A stretch of 63,094 nucleotides of DNA, counting the filler, from Dimorphilus gyrociliatus (taxonomy: Eukaryota > Animalia > Annelida), in the NCBI GenBank assembly GCA_904063045.1. It is 4 parts of 4 records of this genome, joined end to end, with 100 filler letters (N's around TTAATTAATTAA, not from the genome) between each part and the next. Parts side by side here need not be neighbours in the genome. Positions count along the whole stretch, not along the records: positions 56,669 to 63,094 come from CAJFCJ010000334.1; 3 more parts are not named here. One strand, 5' to 3'. Numbering within the stretch: position 1 is the stretch's first letter; each line of letters opens with the position of its first letter. A program made the position numbers and the translations under genes. Below the pieces are notes generated by a model. The model was not told the origin of the DNA, made no database searches, and saw nothing but the letters and a program-made list of their open reading frames with translations. This document shows positions 60,711 through 63,094 of this stretch, in pieces.

Positions 60711-61084
60711 AAGAAACAGGGATACATTGAGTTAGGCACTATAAGGAGAGATGTTGACTGAGAGAGATAGAAGTATTGAGAGACAAATATAGAATGACAG
60801 TTATTCTGTCACTACTTGCCCTTCTTCCTCTCAAGACCAAATCAGTTTTCAACAAATTTGTTTTTAAAGCATCTCTTCACTATTTGAATAGACTGCCTGT
60901 AAAAATTCTTTCTGTTTTAGTTAAGCCTGTCATTTTAAAATTACAGCAAGGTGTATATAATATTGGGATTGTAACTAATATATTGAGGCTACTGAGATCT
61001 AAGATAATCTATGGAAGCACATGAAAAGACAGAAGCTCAATTTGGAAAATTGATTTAAAATATATTTTTCACATAGATATGTGT

Positions 61085-61200
61085 CACTTTGATACTAGAC
61101 AAAATGTCTCCTTTTTTGCATTTTTACCCTAACCCTAACCCAACAGTAGGCAAGGTAATTTCTACTTTTTTGTCCTTGACCTTCAGTTTGGCCATGTCAT
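61085..61200. mobile_element. Partial MITE relic with telomere-like repeat
   Basis: gatactagacaaaatgtctcc resembles the family TIR and is followed by ttttaccctaaccctaaccc. Confidence 0.45.
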
Positions 61201-61459
61201 GTCCTGACCCCATGTCACTTCACTAGTTCAACCAGCTCCTTTTAGTAGTTTATATTTAATTTTTTAATATATAAAAAAATTGGTCTGGTCCAAAAGTCAA
61301 CAGTGGTCAAGTTTGACCTTTTGTTCTTTTTGTCTGGCAGCTAAATTAATATTCATAAGTAGTTAAGTTAACACAAATGTAGCTCAATGATTAATACTAA
61401 GTTCATCGCATTCATTTGTAAGAATTTTATACATGCATGTTCACGCATGAATTTTTTTC

Positions 61460-61790
61460 TATATATGTAATATGGTATCAGGTGAAACCAAACCAGGGTT
61501 AAAAGCCAGAACAGAATGTCTACCAGGAGCTGTGACTATTGTAACTGTTGCATCAACATAATAGAGTCCCTCTAAATTTGTAACAAAATGATTCCTCAGT
61601 TTATCCCAAGCATTTGTTGTATCAAATCTAATATGGTCTAACATGACTGTTGAAAAACCATTAATTGAGCAGTTAAACACATGTTTTGGTGCAACTTCAA
61701 CACTAACTGCTGGTAGATTAGAATCTAATTTGAAGGTCAATAAATAAGTATCCATTTTAGGTGCAGAAAAAATGTCTCTATATGCACCAA
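61460..61790 (-). CDS. C1q-like domain fragment, upstream part displaced by a MULE insertion
   Basis: VMLDHIRFDTTNAWDKLRNHFVTNLEGLYYVDATVT recalls the C1q pattern F..V..N....YD..TG.F.....GLYYF. Confidence 0.4.
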
Positions 61791-61797
61791 AATTTGA

Positions 61798-63094
61798 GGG
61801 ATCCAGACAGTTGACCCCCTTCTGGACAGTTGACTCCCTTCCAGAAAGTTGACCCCCGGACAGTTGACCCCCGGACAGTTGACGCCCATCCAGACAGTTG
61901 ACCCCTGAACAGTTGACCCCCTTCCAGAAAGTTGACCCCCGGACAGTTGACTCCCGCACAGTTCACCCCTGGACAGTTGACCCCCTTCCAGAAAGTTGAC
62001 CCCCCTCTGGACAGTTGACCCCTAAGATGGTTAATTCTTAGACTGTTGAACATTTTGACTTGTAAAACTGTCAATCTCATGAAGTTATTGTGTACTTCAA
62101 TGAAAATCATCTTTTTTGAAAGAATTGAAAGTTGATAAGCTCTTACTTTTAATTAATGTTTGAAATATATTGTTAAAATTGTTAGATTTTTGGATAAAAA
62201 TGGCTTAGAAACCAAACTCTCATATCATAAATCATTGATCTTACAATGAAATTTGAAGAATAGACCAATAATAATAAAATAAACTAAAATAATTAATTTC
62301 ATATTCATCAAAATTTGTATTTCAAAAATTATGGAAAATACAAGTTGGAAATTTCTCTTAATACATCATCAGCTGTTTTATCAGCATTTGCAAATTATTC
62401 CCAAACTAAACATATTTTACCTTGCAATTCCTTGTATTTCACTTTCTGTATCCTACATATCTTTTTCTCTGACAACAACCTTTCATAAAGGGCAACAACC
62501 TTTGATTCATGATTTAACTTCAAAATTAAATTGTAAAAATTAATGCTTTGTCCACAGTGACTGTTTAGTCTATGATGCCAGGATTCTACATCATTGTTGG
62601 TTCTGATGGTCACTTGGTAGATTGACCAATTATTTATTTTCCAAATATTATTTCTAATAAAGATTCTTTCAAAATAATCCAAAAAAACGAGAAATAAATT
62701 TTTCTCAACAAGTTCTCCTTTAATAGTTTTGAATTGTCTTTTAATGATGTTAGCAGGTAAGAATTGTAAAGATATTATTTTTCTAAGCATTTCACCTCCC
62801 TAATTTTTTTCTTTATAATCTTTTACATATCCAAGATGCTTCAATAAATAAAACACTTTGGTAATTCTCAAATGACTATTTATACAATGAATACTTGTAT
62901 TTTCTTAAAAACTGCATTTTTAAAATGATAAACACATCCTAACCATTATATGAAATTTTCCTTGAAAATTAACTTTTTTACAATCAATACATCTAAACAA
63001 TATTAATATAAATAAACTGTCCATATGGGGGTCAACTGTTCATATGGGGGTCAACTGTTCATATGGGGGTCAACTGTTCATATGGGGGTCAACT
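61798..63094 (-). mobile_element. Internally deleted MULE bounded by inverted arrays of a gacagttgacccc motif; runs off the window
   Basis: Array on + at 61798-62022 and its reverse complement ggggtcaactgt from ~63013; between them GCVYHFKNAVLRKIQ (~62900-62945) and RTNNDVESWHHRLN (62395-62790). Confidence 0.8.

Noticed and set aside
61798-62022. CRISPR-like repeat-spacer array
   Set aside because: Units are ~13-20 bp with very short, related spacers, there are no cas genes, and an inverted copy flanks a MULE transposase; these are subterminal repeats.

Overview
AT-rich eukaryotic sequence made of four separate contigs joined by artificial 100-nt spacers (N44-TTAATTAATTAA-N44): A 1-27504, B 27605-40791, C 40892-56568, D 56669-63094. 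Adjacency across spacers is therefore not biological. A, B and D look like one compact-genome animal, probably a lophotrochozoan: short GT-AG introns, and shared Mutator MITEs, MULE transposase relics and a ~200-bp dispersed repeat. They carry a GRL101-like LDLa/LRR GPCR, two paralogous PAN/apple genes with an unrecognised C-terminal domain, a four-exon GNAT acetyltransferase, an orphan GPCR, a secreted ITIH-C-terminal-domain protein, an intronless RING-B-box-coiled-coil-LRR (TRIM-LRR) gene, an F-type-lectin-like gene, a vWD/EGF pseudogene, a small Cys-rich peptide exon and many TE relics. Contig C is different: intronless, without the host repeats, and with an RPB2 of microsporidian type. It also has a homeobox gene, a decayed LRR gene, an intact Tc1, a decayed IS630-like element and two near-identical inverted Merlin elements with terminal hairpins. 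The best-supported headline is an unrecognised, TE-rich microsporidian parasite genome co-assembled with its host. All assignments come from motif recognition by eye; no database search was run, and exon boundaries of long genes are approximate.
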